Shown piece after piece: positions 25,675 through 35,235 of a stretch of 64,000 bases of DNA (the stretch's first letter is position 1; each line of letters starts with the position of its first letter). Position numbers and translations under genes: made by a program. Source of the stretch: a virus; the IMG/VR virus record IMGVR_UViG_3300013117_000371; one strand, 5' to 3'. The notes below the pieces were generated by a model, which worked only from the letters and a program-made list of their open reading frames with translations, searched no databases and was not told the origin of the DNA.

Positions 25675-26745
25675 ATGATTCTTAAGCACGGAACGATTCA
25701 CGCGGAAGTGCGGGTGTTACAGGGAAAGCTCAACAGGGCGGGTTATCCTGTAGGGCCCGAGGACGGAAAATTCTTCAACATGACGGATTTCGCAGTGCGG
25801 GCGTTCCAGGCTGCCTACGGGCTCGCAGTCGACGGGCACGTAGGGGTGGGGGACCACGCCGGCGAAACCATCCAGACGCTGGACGGCATCCTGGCCGCAG
25901 CACAGTCGCACATCACCAATGAGGTCGTCGACACCTTCGAGGAGGCCGCTGCCCTCCCCTTCGGGCTGCCGGCCAACAACTTCGACCGGCGCATCTCCGC
26001 CGCTGTCATGCAGCAGCAGAACTGCGACGGCGGGCAGGGATGTCGGTACGGGGGGTGGATCGACCCCTACCAGTTCGACAAGGAGCAGTTTGACAACAAC
26101 CAGGTCTTCGTCGTCCCCAAGGTGGGGAGGCTAGTCCCCGGCCATGAACTGGAAGCGCCCGTTCACGGCGGGACCTGCTCCCCCTGGGCGGGGCTGATGG
26201 TGGGCGGCATTGTCTGCGTCAACCAGGACTACAACTTCCGCATCGGCCGCAGCGGGCGCAAAATCGCCACTTCGAAGCATGATGCCAAGGTAGGTCGCCA
26301 CGTCGTTCCAGGGTACGGGGACTATTTCGAAGTGCACGGGAAACTGCGCCTGGAGCAGCGCCCGCTGAACATCCTGTACCAACATTGGGACTGGCTCAAC
26401 AAAGTCAACCTCGTGGAAATGGACCACCACGTCATCCTTATCCTCAAAGTAGGGGGGGAGGACGGACTGCGGCTAGAGGACCCCCACAACCCAGGCCAGC
26501 CTCTTCCGTCCGGGTTGTACCGGTGGGCGGCGGATGGGTACTACCCCAAGGTGGACACGGACGGGGACGGAGTAAGGGAGAAGTTCTACTCCGGCACCAA
26601 ACAGACCTTCCGGCGCATCAAGGAAGTGGACAAATGCCGCCAGAGGTGGGACTTCTACCGCCTCCAGGACATGGACCCGGACACCTGCTCCCCCACCGAC
26701 GGGCCATGGGCAAGCCGAGAACCGTGGCCGTTCGAGCTCGAGTAG
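25675..26745 (+). CDS. modular endolysin: N-terminal peptidoglycan-binding domain plus putative Cys/His hydrolase domain
   Basis: EVRVLQGKLNRAGY...DGKF...TDFAVRAFQAAYGLAVDGHVG; later GGTCSPW and DHHVILI. Confidence 0.75.
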   Translation: MILKHGTIHAEVRVLQGKLNRAGYPVGPEDGKFFNMTDFAVRAFQAAYGLAVDGHVGVGDHAGETIQTLDGILAAAQSHITNEVVDTFEEAAALPFGLPANNFDRRISAAVMQQQNCDGGQGCRYGGWIDPYQFDKEQFDNNQVFVVPKVGRLVPGHELEAPVHGGTCSPWAGLMVGGIVCVNQDYNFRIGRSGRKIATSKHDAKVGRHVVPGYGDYFEVHGKLRLEQRPLNILYQHWDWLNKVNLVEMDHHVILILKVGGEDGLRLEDPHNPGQPLPSGLYRWAADGYYPKVDTDGDGVREKFYSGTKQTFRRIKEVDKCRQRWDFYRLQDMDPDTCSPTDGPWASREPWPFELE

Positions 26746-26803
26746 TTCGGTCCTTTGATGGCCTGGCTGCCTCAAAAACTTTCCTTATTTTGCTATAAGT
26801 ACT

Positions 26804-27898
26804 GTGAAGAAAAGCAGCTTGACCCAACCCCCGGGGGTCATCGACCGGGGCACTTCCTTTAGGGAGGAAATTTTGAACACGCTGGATTTTGGTGCGGTCA
26901 TGGAGCAGGAAAACTGGCAGGAGGACATCGACCTCTCCTGCCCATTCTGCGACGGCGAGAACCATCGGAAGTACGAAGAGTTGGACGAAGACGAGGTCTT
27001 CCAGGTCGTGTTCAGGTACTGCAAGGAGCAGATGCTCATGCCTCTGGGAGACTTCTTCACCGAGAACGCCGGGCGCCTCGGCATGACAGGGGAGTACGAA
27101 GAGCTGGACGACGACGCCAAAGCCACAGTGGTCCAAGCGTTCATCGACGACTTCGGCGTCGACGAAGAGGACGTAAAAGAGTACTATGCCCACAACGCCT
27201 ACGAGTTCGAATTCGAGCCCTGCGAGGAGTGCTATGAAGGGCATGTCGACCTCGACGTCATCTGGAACACCGCCTACGAAGTGGACGTGCCCTACACATG
27301 CACGGCCGGGTGCATGGCCGGGGGCTACTACGAGGACTTGCGGAAGAAGGCTCTGCAGTTCGGTTTCCTGCTCATCGAGCACGGGCAGAGGTACTGGTTG
27401 GTCATGCTCAGCTGCGGCCAGGACAACACCTGGCGCATCCACTACACCCGCTACGTCATCCAGGGATACCTGGAACTGGAGGACATAGAAGCCTGCTTGG
27501 GCAACTACGGCGCTCACGTCTTCCTGGAAGGTGAAGAGAAGAGGAAACTCCTGGCGTACTTCAAGGAACGACTCCCTTCCCCCCTGCAACGGGTCCACCG
27601 CTGCGCGCTTCGAGAGAAGGACTTTGCCCGAATCGAAGATGCTGAAGTCGACCGGGCGCTGCACAACCGGGAAGTACAGGAAGAAGATCTCCCCAACCGG
27701 TACTTCATAGTCCGCTCTGCGGTAGTATTGGAAGGGGAGTACACTGTCATCGCCAGGACCAGGGGGGAAGCACTCCACAAGCTTGAGGCGTTCATTGCGA
27801 ACCCGCAAAACCCCGACGTGACATTCAACGACGAGAAAATCGTCGGCGAGGTACCAGTAGGTGCCGAGGAGATTGGAGGCATGTCGAAAGATGAATGA
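26804..27898 (+). CDS. acidic hypothetical protein with CxxC motifs
   Basis: 364-aa D/E-rich ORF; CPFC, CEEC; C-terminal DpnD/PcfM-like pattern. Confidence 0.8.
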   Translation: MKKSSLTQPPGVIDRGTSFREEILNTLDFGAVMEQENWQEDIDLSCPFCDGENHRKYEELDEDEVFQVVFRYCKEQMLMPLGDFFTENAGRLGMTGEYEELDDDAKATVVQAFIDDFGVDEEDVKEYYAHNAYEFEFEPCEECYEGHVDLDVIWNTAYEVDVPYTCTAGCMAGGYYEDLRKKALQFGFLLIEHGQRYWLVMLSCGQDNTWRIHYTRYVIQGYLELEDIEACLGNYGAHVFLEGEEKRKLLAYFKERLPSPLQRVHRCALREKDFARIEDAEVDRALHNREVQEEDLPNRYFIVRSAVVLEGEYTVIARTRGEALHKLEAFIANPQNPDVTFNDEKIVGEVPVGAEEIGGMSKDE

Positions 27899-28712
27899 CA
27901 ACACCGTCTTCAAGATCGAGTTCACCGCTGATGACATCTGGGAGTCCCTCTTCGGGTCCGCCTACGACGACTGCGAGAAGGTGCCCTCCCCGGAAGAAGT
28001 GCGAAGCTGGGTACTCACCCACAGCAACGCCCTACGCACAAGAATGAGCGAGAAGTTCTGGGAGCTGCTGGAGGCGATGCTGAGCGTCCACCCGTTAAGG
28101 GGAGCATCCAATGGAAACAAACAGCCGAGGAAGCCAAGGAGGGGCCTCGTGAATCCTGAAAAAGTAGTCAAGATAGTCATCGACGACCAGCCCGTGAGTC
28201 CCCGAGAAGACGACAACCTCGGGACCATGGTGTGCTACGCCAGGAACTACGACCTGGGGGACAGGGACCATGGAGTTCCCCCACCAGAAGAGTTCAGCGG
28301 GTGGGAGGAAATGGAAGCCTGGATCTGGAAGAACCTGGACCCGGCCGTGGTCCTCCCCCTCTACCTGTACTCCCACAGCGGTATCACCATGCGCACCTAC
28401 CCCTTCACCTGCCCTTGGGACAGCGGACAGGTGGGTTTCATCTTCATCTCGAAGACAAAGGCGCGGGAGGAGATGTGCTGGAAGCGTCTCAATAGAGGCC
28501 GCATCACGAAGATAAAGGAATACCTGCGCAGCGAGGTAGATGTGTATGACGACTACCTCATCGGTGCCGTTTACGGCTTTCAGGTCTTTGGTGGGAATGG
28601 GGAAATCGAAGACTCGTGTTACGGCTTCTTCGGAGGGGACCACAAAAGGAGTGGGTTGTTGGACTGTGTCCAATACTACCTTGACCAAGGCTATACCCTG
28701 GAGGACGCATGA
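27891..28712 (+). CDS. conserved-type phage hypothetical protein
   Basis: DNLGTMVC...PLYLYSHSGITM...WDSGQVGFI; start overlaps upstream stop. Confidence 0.8.
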   Translation: MNDNTVFKIEFTADDIWESLFGSAYDDCEKVPSPEEVRSWVLTHSNALRTRMSEKFWELLEAMLSVHPLRGASNGNKQPRKPRRGLVNPEKVVKIVIDDQPVSPREDDNLGTMVCYARNYDLGDRDHGVPPPEEFSGWEEMEAWIWKNLDPAVVLPLYLYSHSGITMRTYPFTCPWDSGQVGFIFISKTKAREEMCWKRLNRGRITKIKEYLRSEVDVYDDYLIGAVYGFQVFGGNGEIEDSCYGFFGGDHKRSGLLDCVQYYLDQGYTLEDA

Positions 28713-28921
28713 GCCACAACGAATCCATACGCAGTATCTTCGCTGCTGCAGTAGCCGAAATCCCGGCGCACTTCAGGGAAGACGACTGGTTCCAATGCCT
28801 AAACTGCTCCGCACACACGCAAGGCTATCAGGTCCTGCTGGATACCAGCGGCAACCGCCGATGCCCGGATTGCTGCAGCATCGAGTTGGTGCCGAGCGCC
28901 GAGCCTGAGGACCCAGTATGA
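28709..28921 (+). CDS. small Zn-ribbon protein
   Basis: CLNC...CPDCC; ATGA coupling. Confidence 0.7.
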   Translation: MSHNESIRSIFAAAVAEIPAHFREDDWFQCLNCSAHTQGYQVLLDTSGNRRCPDCCSIELVPSAEPEDPV

Positions 28922-29190
28922 CCTGGATTGCCTTGAAGATAAACGACAAGTGGTGGAAAGTCCCCGCCCGCAAGCGGCGAGGCAAACGTGTCGAGTTGTA
29001 TGATGTGCCCTGGTCTTGCCGCCTAGCGGCAATGGCTACAGAGGTCGTCGACATGAGCACTGGGCGGGTTCTCAAAAGCCGCCGGGAAGGAACGGCGATA
29101 TCCTCCTCCGACTACGCAAACGCCCCCCAATTGTCACTCTGGAAAATGGAGAAAATAACCGGATGGGCGCAGCCCACAGGAGAAAAATGA
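28918..29190 (+). CDS. hypothetical protein
   Basis: Coupled ORF. Confidence 0.65.
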   Translation: MTWIALKINDKWWKVPARKRRGKRVELYDVPWSCRLAAMATEVVDMSTGRVLKSRREGTAISSSDYANAPQLSLWKMEKITGWAQPTGEK

Positions 29191-29540
29191 ACGACCAACG
29201 CACCTGGAGCTACAACATCACCGTCCCCCTTACCACGGTCAATTTCCCGGGGCCCCTCCTGGTGGCCCTGAACGAACACTTGGTGGCAGGGGACCTGTTC
29301 ACGGTCGGGTTCGTAACCAGCAGGGGGCCAATGGAAGAAGGTACTCCACTGGTCGCCATCGGCCTGGAGGACACGCCCGAGGAGCTGATCGAGCAGGAAA
29401 TCGCCCTCCTCATCTGGCGTACTGTCGGGGGCTACGTCCCCATTGAAATCTCAGTGACGGAGCACTGGCCCCCCACCGGGGACGGCTATGAATTCACCAC
29501 AGAAGAGTACGACGCCGAAAAGGAGGAGGGAAACCTATGA
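29187..29540 (+). CDS. acidic hypothetical protein
   Basis: Start MNDQRTW overlapping upstream stop, AGGAG RBS. Confidence 0.7.
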   Translation: MNDQRTWSYNITVPLTTVNFPGPLLVALNEHLVAGDLFTVGFVTSRGPMEEGTPLVAIGLEDTPEELIEQEIALLIWRTVGGYVPIEISVTEHWPPTGDGYEFTTEEYDAEKEEGNL

Positions 29541-29833
29541 GCAAGCGATACACCCCAGTAGTGCATCGCATCGAAGAGGACCTACTTACCGAGAACCCCA
29601 ACTTGGGAGTAGACCTCACCTTTGGAAAGGGCAGGCAACCAACCCACTGGCCCTGCGAGATCGCCCTCCTGTGGGAAGACCGCAGATGGACCACGGAAGT
29701 CTGCGAGATCCCCAACAGCCTCGGCGAGGGTGCCTCCGACAAGGAAATCACAACGTGGTGGTTAAAAACCTACAGGGACCTCCCGCAGTACAGAGGGCTC
29801 GCCGAGATAATGGTCTACAACGTCAAGCGCTAA
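29537..29833 (+). CDS. hypothetical protein
   Basis: Coupled ORF with GGAGG RBS. Confidence 0.7.
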   Translation: MSKRYTPVVHRIEEDLLTENPNLGVDLTFGKGRQPTHWPCEIALLWEDRRWTTEVCEIPNSLGEGASDKEITTWWLKTYRDLPQYRGLAEIMVYNVKR

Positions 29834-29846
29834 CGAAGGAGAAAAT

Positions 29847-30461
29847 ATGGCAGTTTCTACACTACGAGATCCCACCATGCACCCTTGCCCCCACTGCGAC
29901 AGCCTCGCCGAGGTCGTCTTTGCCTCGGACGGCCTCCACCATCCCATGTGCTCCGAGGCAGCCTGCTGGGTGGGGCCCGGCTGCAAAATCACCCACGACA
30001 AGGCCGTCATAGCTTGGAACAGGATGATCGACGGGCCGGACAATGCAGGTTTCCTCTCTCTGGCCCTCTGCTCCTGCTGCGACAATGCACCCGTAGTGAT
30101 GTCCAACCACTATGGCAACCACCGAGTCTGCTGTACAGGCGAGTCCTGCGGGTGCACGGGACCATCCTCTGGGAATCGAGAAGAAGCCATCGCCGCCTGG
30201 AACAGAGTCATGAGGTACGCTGCAACCGGGAGAGCCAACCCGAAGAGGACAAAAATAACACCGCTTGATGCCTCTATGATCATAGCTCGGCTCGCCGCCA
30301 TCAGCGACGAATGCGGAAAGGCCGCCGACGATGCTCTCGAATGCGGCCAGGAGTACGCTCTAGCGAAGATTCACCATATCGACCGCCGGGTAATGCGGCT
30401 GCACGCCGAAATCACCGAGGCCTATGGGACCGCAAACGCGCAAGAAGAGGAGCTACCATGA
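29847..30461 (+). CDS. tandem Lar (restriction alleviation)-like Zn-ribbon protein
   Basis: Two repeats: CPHC...C...C...KAVIAWNR and CSCC...CC...C...EAIAAWNR. Confidence 0.65.
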   Translation: MAVSTLRDPTMHPCPHCDSLAEVVFASDGLHHPMCSEAACWVGPGCKITHDKAVIAWNRMIDGPDNAGFLSLALCSCCDNAPVVMSNHYGNHRVCCTGESCGCTGPSSGNREEAIAAWNRVMRYAATGRANPKRTKITPLDASMIIARLAAISDECGKAADDALECGQEYALAKIHHIDRRVMRLHAEITEAYGTANAQEEELP

Positions 30462-30527
30462 GCAGCTTGTACAATCGCTTGAAGGGCGGGGACCTTCGGC
30501 TCCTGAGCGGTACTACCCACACCGTAG

Positions 30528-31652
30528 TCAACAACCCTCGACTGAAGTCGAGGGCTTGTAGGTAGGAGCAACATGAATGGTCGCACCCCCTACCATCGGC
30601 CGGTTGACAGCGGCCCTGGCGCTCAAATTCAGCGCCGCGATGTGGTCGGCCGGGCCGGAACGGCCACAGGCCCGACACGAAAACGAGTCTCTCGTGGGTC
30701 GGTTCCGCTTCGAGATGTGCCCACAGTCGGGGCACTCCCGACTGGAGTTGCGGGGGTCAACCACGAATACCGGAACTCCAGCCCGTCGGGCCTTGTACTC
30801 TACGAAGGCCCGAAGTTGGGCGAAGCTCCAGTTGTGCAATCGATTGCGTTGGCGCTTTCTGGCCTGTACCCGGCCACGGATGCCCTTGAGATCTTCCAGG
30901 GCAATTCCTCGTCGGGAGCGTTGCGCCTCCTCTACGATTGCTTTGCTGATGCAATGGTTTACGTCGCGCTGATATCTGGCTTGGCGGCCGGACACCTGCT
31001 TCAGTTTCCGTTTCGCCGCCTTGCTGCCATTCTTCTGAAGATTCTTGCGGCGATGCTGATACTTGCGCCGGTTGTCCTCTACGGCTTCCCCGGAGTAGCT
31101 TCGTCCATCGCTGTCGCAGGCGAGATTGACAATTCCGAGGTCAACCCCAAGAACACCCTCAGGAAAGAAGGTTTCAGGATCATCGATGTCGCAGACAACT
31201 CCGATGTACCAAGAGCCGCGAACGAACATGAGGTCAACTTGTCCATGGGCGTGAGAAAGCATGGCCCGTTGATGCTCACCGCAGACGAAGGGAATCTTTT
31301 GCCTGCCTTCAAGCGTCCAGATGGACACCGTGTCTTCCTTGCAGAACCGGAAGATTCTGTCGTCGTATGGCTGAGCGGAGTGCTTGCGGAAAGCCCGCTG
31401 CTTGCCTTTGAACACCTTGTACGCATCAACGACCTTGCCGACGCACCGCACAGTCATTTGGGCCGAAAGACCGAACCGTTCCCTGGCTGTACGGTAGACT
31501 TCGGATTGGAGGCGATAGACCTGAAAGCACTTGTGCTCCCATGCCTGAGTGCTGATCCAGTTGCAAGCTTCGTTGGAGCGTTCCAGGGTTGCCCGCAAGG
31601 CTTCCGCCTGCTCTGGCGACGGGAGAAGTTTTATGTTGGCAACCAGCTTCAT
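30528..31652 (-). CDS. tnpB: RNA-guided endonuclease TnpB
   Basis: MKLVANIKLLP HTH start; RuvC-I LGVDLG, RuvC-II IALEDL, Zn finger CPDCG/CRACG, RuvC-III ADHIAALN. Confidence 0.95.
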   Translation of the reverse strand: MKLVANIKLLPSPEQAEALRATLERSNEACNWISTQAWEHKCFQVYRLQSEVYRTARERFGLSAQMTVRCVGKVVDAYKVFKGKQRAFRKHSAQPYDDRIFRFCKEDTVSIWTLEGRQKIPFVCGEHQRAMLSHAHGQVDLMFVRGSWYIGVVCDIDDPETFFPEGVLGVDLGIVNLACDSDGRSYSGEAVEDNRRKYQHRRKNLQKNGSKAAKRKLKQVSGRQARYQRDVNHCISKAIVEEAQRSRRGIALEDLKGIRGRVQARKRQRNRLHNWSFAQLRAFVEYKARRAGVPVFVVDPRNSSRECPDCGHISKRNRPTRDSFSCRACGRSGPADHIAALNLSARAAVNRPMVGGATIHVAPTYKPSTSVEGC

Positions 31653-31659
31653 CGATTCT

Positions 31660-31688
31660 ATGATAGAAATGCGCAAATGGCTTGTCAA
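31660..31688 (-). promoter_or_regulatory. IS-internal promoter TTGACA-N17-TATCAT (probably leaderless tnpB mRNA)
   Basis: Near-consensus hexamers; ATG lies 7 nt after the -10 element with no RBS. Confidence 0.7.
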
Positions 31689-31933
31689 GGGGAAAGCGCC
31701 TATCCCTCCACCGACTCAAGTCGGTGGCTTCTCGGTGCAAAGGCGGGACTGTGATTCTGGAGCCCGATGACTTCTACAAAATAGAGATTCAAGTCACTGA
31801 TACCGGAGTCACTCTGCGCCTGGTGCCTATAGTTGACTTCGGAGAACCTGGAGGGAAGTAAGATGCAGCAACTAATTAATGCCTACCGCTATCTCTACGA
31901 CGGCGTCTCCGACATGATTGAGGGGAGAAACCT

Positions 31934-32719
31934 TTGAGCGCAACAAACTACCAAGAAATGATTGGCCGACTGAAGCGGGCCAGGAAACCCTACGCCCGCA
32001 TCTCCAAGAACGTCACGGTTCACGACCGGGGCGACCACCTCGCTTTGCGGCTACACAACACCGACATCATCCAGTTCTACCCGGACGGGAGCATGGTGCT
32101 CGACTCCGGCGGCTGGCGAACTGTCACTACCAAGCGCTGGATGGACGACTATCTTCCGCCGGGCCTCTGCATCTGGTCCCAAAAGAGCGTCTGGTACATC
32201 GGCAAAGGCTGGGGGGGCGGCAACAAGAAGCTGTTCCAGGACGGGGCCCGCATTGGGCCCAAAGGGGGCCTCTGCATCCCCAAGGGGCCGTCGCAGAAGA
32301 AGATGGCTGCCCTGAAGAAAAAAGTGGACGCCTACGCCAGGAAGTTCGTAGCGGAGATGCTCGCCGGCAACATCCCGGCCCCCGGGACGGGGGATTGCTT
32401 CTTCTGTCAAATGCAAGATGCCGACAGCGGGGAGAACCTCGGCGACAAGGTCAGTAGCGACCACCTCCTGAGCCACCTGGACGATGAGTACTTTGTCCCC
32501 TCCCTGCTGGTCAACGCCCTCAAAGAGAAAGGTGCCTTCCACGGCATCTACATGTGGCCATTAGCCAAGTTCTGGGGGAAGCAGGCCGAGCTGGGGTGCC
32601 CCTTCTACGCCATGGACTCGGTTGAGGCCGTCTACGTGTCGGCCATCCGGAAGTACTTCTACCGCCGGCTGGGCATCGCCGGGAATGCCGCAGCGGTGCC
32701 GAAGAGGAAAACAGCGTGA
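31934..32719 (+). CDS. conserved-type phage hypothetical protein
   Basis: LRLHNTDII...LDSGGWRTVTTKRWM; CFFC. Confidence 0.8.
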   Translation: MSATNYQEMIGRLKRARKPYARISKNVTVHDRGDHLALRLHNTDIIQFYPDGSMVLDSGGWRTVTTKRWMDDYLPPGLCIWSQKSVWYIGKGWGGGNKKLFQDGARIGPKGGLCIPKGPSQKKMAALKKKVDAYARKFVAEMLAGNIPAPGTGDCFFCQMQDADSGENLGDKVSSDHLLSHLDDEYFVPSLLVNALKEKGAFHGIYMWPLAKFWGKQAELGCPFYAMDSVEAVYVSAIRKYFYRRLGIAGNAAAVPKRKTA

Positions 32720-32940
32720 TTGACAAACCCCCAAAGGCCCTCTCCTGGAAACACTCACACGGAAGAGAAAAAGCCCACAAGAGCCCGTATGACCCTGTAC
32801 GCGAGCTCGAAGCAGGTGGGTGGGTATTTTGGGACGAAGTATGGGCCCGCTCCCGCGGAGTGTTCAACACGAACGCAGAAGCTCGAGCAGCTTTGCGGGC
32901 GTACTACAACACCCACCTCGAAGACAAAGAGGAGAACTAA
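32716..32940 (+). CDS. hypothetical protein
   Basis: Coupled ORF; WVFWDEVW motif. Confidence 0.7.
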   Translation: MIDKPPKALSWKHSHGREKAHKSPYDPVRELEAGGWVFWDEVWARSRGVFNTNAEARAALRAYYNTHLEDKEEN

Positions 32941-33165
32941 ATGCAGGCAACCTACGAGCGCCGGGACACCGGCATAGGGCACACGTATAGTGTAGCCCTC
33001 ACTGATGACAACGGGGAAAAGGGGAGGGTCGGAGTGAACCTTGGCACCTCCTCCCATTCCCCTCTCGCCTTTATCCGTTACCGAGACCGGACATTGACAC
33101 TGAGGATGCCCTGGAGGGTGTACTCCCTCCTGCGCAGCCTCAGAAGAAAAAAGGAGACGCCATGA
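32941..33165 (+). CDS. hypothetical protein
   Basis: GAGGAG RBS, abuts upstream stop. Confidence 0.7.
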   Translation: MQATYERRDTGIGHTYSVALTDDNGEKGRVGVNLGTSSHSPLAFIRYRDRTLTLRMPWRVYSLLRSLRRKKETP

Positions 33166-33935
33166 CCAAGGACAAAAACCAAATGTGTCGGGAGATACTC
33201 GAAGCCATCTTCTCCCTCCCAGCCTTTCGGGAACTGCGCGAGGAAGAGGCGCTCGCAGCCAACCCACAGAGGACTACAAAGGACAACGTCAAAGAGAAAG
33301 TCCGGGCCGATTTTCGGGCGGTTGTCGGGAAAACCTTCCTGGCCGCCACCGTCTACGGTTACAGAGGCGATAACGGCGTGGGCATCCAATGCGACCCCCC
33401 CTGCGTGGTCAGGGTCGTTGACACTGACGAGGACTCCTTGCGGCGCTGGGACAACGGCTGGTGCGATCCCTACTGGAACGTCGAGCTGCTCGCTCCCCAT
33501 GAAGCGCTGACGGAGGTCTGCTCTCTGCGAGTCCGAGGCACCAGCTACAACGTGGAGACACAGGAGATACTGGTGCACACTCTCGAGAGCAAAGAGGTAG
33601 TGCCCCTGTCTTCCGGCAAAGACGCCAAAACACAGGGAATGGTCGCCTCCCTACCCTCCGGGAGAACCCCCATGATAGGGGTCCGCTTCGAGTGCGGATC
33701 GGAGGCCCGCTTCAGCAAGAACTACGGTCCCTACGAGTTCGTGCAACAGACCTACACCACACTCCGGCTCCCGCCGGACGGAGACGTCGAGCTCGCCCGC
33801 TGGGTAGCTGACGAAGGCTGGATTCTGTTCGACCCGCCGCGAGACCTCTCAGCCGCCGCCCCCAAAGTGGAGGAGGCAACCACGTGGTGGTCCGACATCA
33901 TCATCTTCCCCTGGGAAGCAGAGGAGAAACTGTGA
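33162..33935 (+). CDS. hypothetical protein (possible two-domain fusion)
   Basis: 257-aa coupled ORF; WCDPYWNVE motif. Confidence 0.75.
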   Translation: MTKDKNQMCREILEAIFSLPAFRELREEEALAANPQRTTKDNVKEKVRADFRAVVGKTFLAATVYGYRGDNGVGIQCDPPCVVRVVDTDEDSLRRWDNGWCDPYWNVELLAPHEALTEVCSLRVRGTSYNVETQEILVHTLESKEVVPLSSGKDAKTQGMVASLPSGRTPMIGVRFECGSEARFSKNYGPYEFVQQTYTTLRLPPDGDVELARWVADEGWILFDPPRDLSAAAPKVEEATTWWSDIIIFPWEAEEKL

Positions 33936-34852
33936 AGAACCGCGTAACCGACGTCGACGGTTTTTTCATCTACGTCGACAAGACATTGTATCACAAGGAG
34001 CGCCCTCATATCCCCATTCGCATGTCTGGCCGAATTGTGGATCAGGAATCGGGGGAAGTAATCCACTGGGCCACTGACAAACAAGGAATCCGGTGGGACA
34101 AGGATACCACCCAAGGCGTCCGCAAAGCCCTGATGGATGTCACCCAACGAGTCACTGAGCACAGCCGCAAAGCGAGCTTTGCTGCTCGACTACGCCGCAA
34201 TGGGCTCACTCCCCCCTGGGAGATCGAGAAGCTCAAGGAAACCCAATACTACATCATCCAGATAAGCGGAGCCCATCCGCCCAACGAAGTTGACGAGGCG
34301 CTGCGGCCTCTTCTCGGCGGCCTGCATACATGGGACGGGATGCACGGATACAAGTACACATTCGTCTCCAAGCTGATCCCGAAGGATATTTGCGCTGCGG
34401 CCATTCTCGCCGCCCTTCGTGCGGCATTCGGGGATGGAATCGAAGTCAACATCCAAGCCGTGCGCCAAGCAATCCGCACTACCGTGGATGGTCTAAGGTG
34501 GCCGGAAGCTATCTCCCCGCGGGCTACAAGGGAAGAGCTACTCCACCACTCTCTTACATTCAGGGAATTTCTAGATGTGAGCACAGCCCACATCACGAAA
34601 AAGGATGACGTAGCCCTCCAACGCATGGCACGAAACCCAGACGAAGGGAGGGTCATTGAGTTCTACACGGGCTACGCTATTACGCTACCCCCCGCAAGAT
34701 ACCTCAATGACTTCGTCGAGGAGCTGCTTGAGATGAGCTGTTCGAACAACCTGGTATGGCTGGTTCGCACGGCTACAGCCTACGGCGCAAAGCTACTGGT
34801 CATGGACCGGGATGGGCCCATTGTTACCTCCCTGGGAACCTTTGGCTGGTAA
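33932..34852 (+). CDS. hypothetical protein
   Basis: GTGA overlap start with GAGGAG RBS; C-terminal GAKLLVMDRDGP. Confidence 0.75.
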   Translation: MKNRVTDVDGFFIYVDKTLYHKERPHIPIRMSGRIVDQESGEVIHWATDKQGIRWDKDTTQGVRKALMDVTQRVTEHSRKASFAARLRRNGLTPPWEIEKLKETQYYIIQISGAHPPNEVDEALRPLLGGLHTWDGMHGYKYTFVSKLIPKDICAAAILAALRAAFGDGIEVNIQAVRQAIRTTVDGLRWPEAISPRATREELLHHSLTFREFLDVSTAHITKKDDVALQRMARNPDEGRVIEFYTGYAITLPPARYLNDFVEELLEMSCSNNLVWLVRTATAYGAKLLVMDRDGPIVTSLGTFGW

Positions 34853-35235
34853 TGAGTGGAGAACTGGAGCACCACAACCGCCCGGAAGAGGAGGAACAGA
34901 TGCAAATCCTGAGATGTCCCCACTGCGGGACGGAAGGCAAGATCCTAGTCTGCGAGAAGACCCGCCGCTGGTTCCCCCTGCTTGGAATCACTGCCGAAGA
35001 CAACTGGTACGAGGCCGGTGACCCAATCATCAAGTACGAACAAGTGACCGACGTGGACTACATGTGTGACAACTGCCAAAAGACCGTGCTCCTCGAGGAC
35101 ATCGTTGTGATCGAAGACACCGTCACATGCAAATTCTGCCACGAGCAAACCCCCTCCGATACCGCCCACCTCCACGATGGGGGCTGGGTGGGGGACCAGT
35201 GCTGCTGGGATGAACGACTGAGAAGCACAGAGTGA
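34852..35235 (+). CDS. Zn-finger protein with C-terminal WDERLRSTE module
   Basis: CPHCG, CDNC, CKFC...HLH...CCWDERLRSTE. Confidence 0.75.
   Translation: MSGELEHHNRPEEEEQMQILRCPHCGTEGKILVCEKTRRWFPLLGITAEDNWYEAGDPIIKYEQVTDVDYMCDNCQKTVLLEDIVVIEDTVTCKFCHEQTPSDTAHLHDGGWVGDQCCWDERLRSTE

Larger units (their letters stand above)
30527..31750 (-). mobile_element. non-autonomous IS200/IS605-family (IS1341-type, tnpB-only) element
   Basis: Right-end hairpin CCCTCGAC-ttca-GTCGAGGG ending in TTGAC; left-end hairpin CCACCGAC-ttga-GTCGGTGG preceded by GAAG; TCAC target tetranucleotide at 31751-31754; no tnpA. Confidence 0.85.
30458..31861 (+). pseudogene. 59-aa gene split by the tnpB element (30458-30526 plus 31751-31861)
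   Basis: Removing 30527-31750 gives the in-frame ORF MSSLYNRLKGGDLRLLSGTTHTV-VILEPDDFYKIEIQVTDTGVTLRLVPIVDFGEPGGK*. Confidence 0.65.

Noticed and set aside
31689-31860. tnpA transposase next to tnpB
   Set aside because: No HUH/Y1 or serine-recombinase ORF between the element ends; the element is non-autonomous
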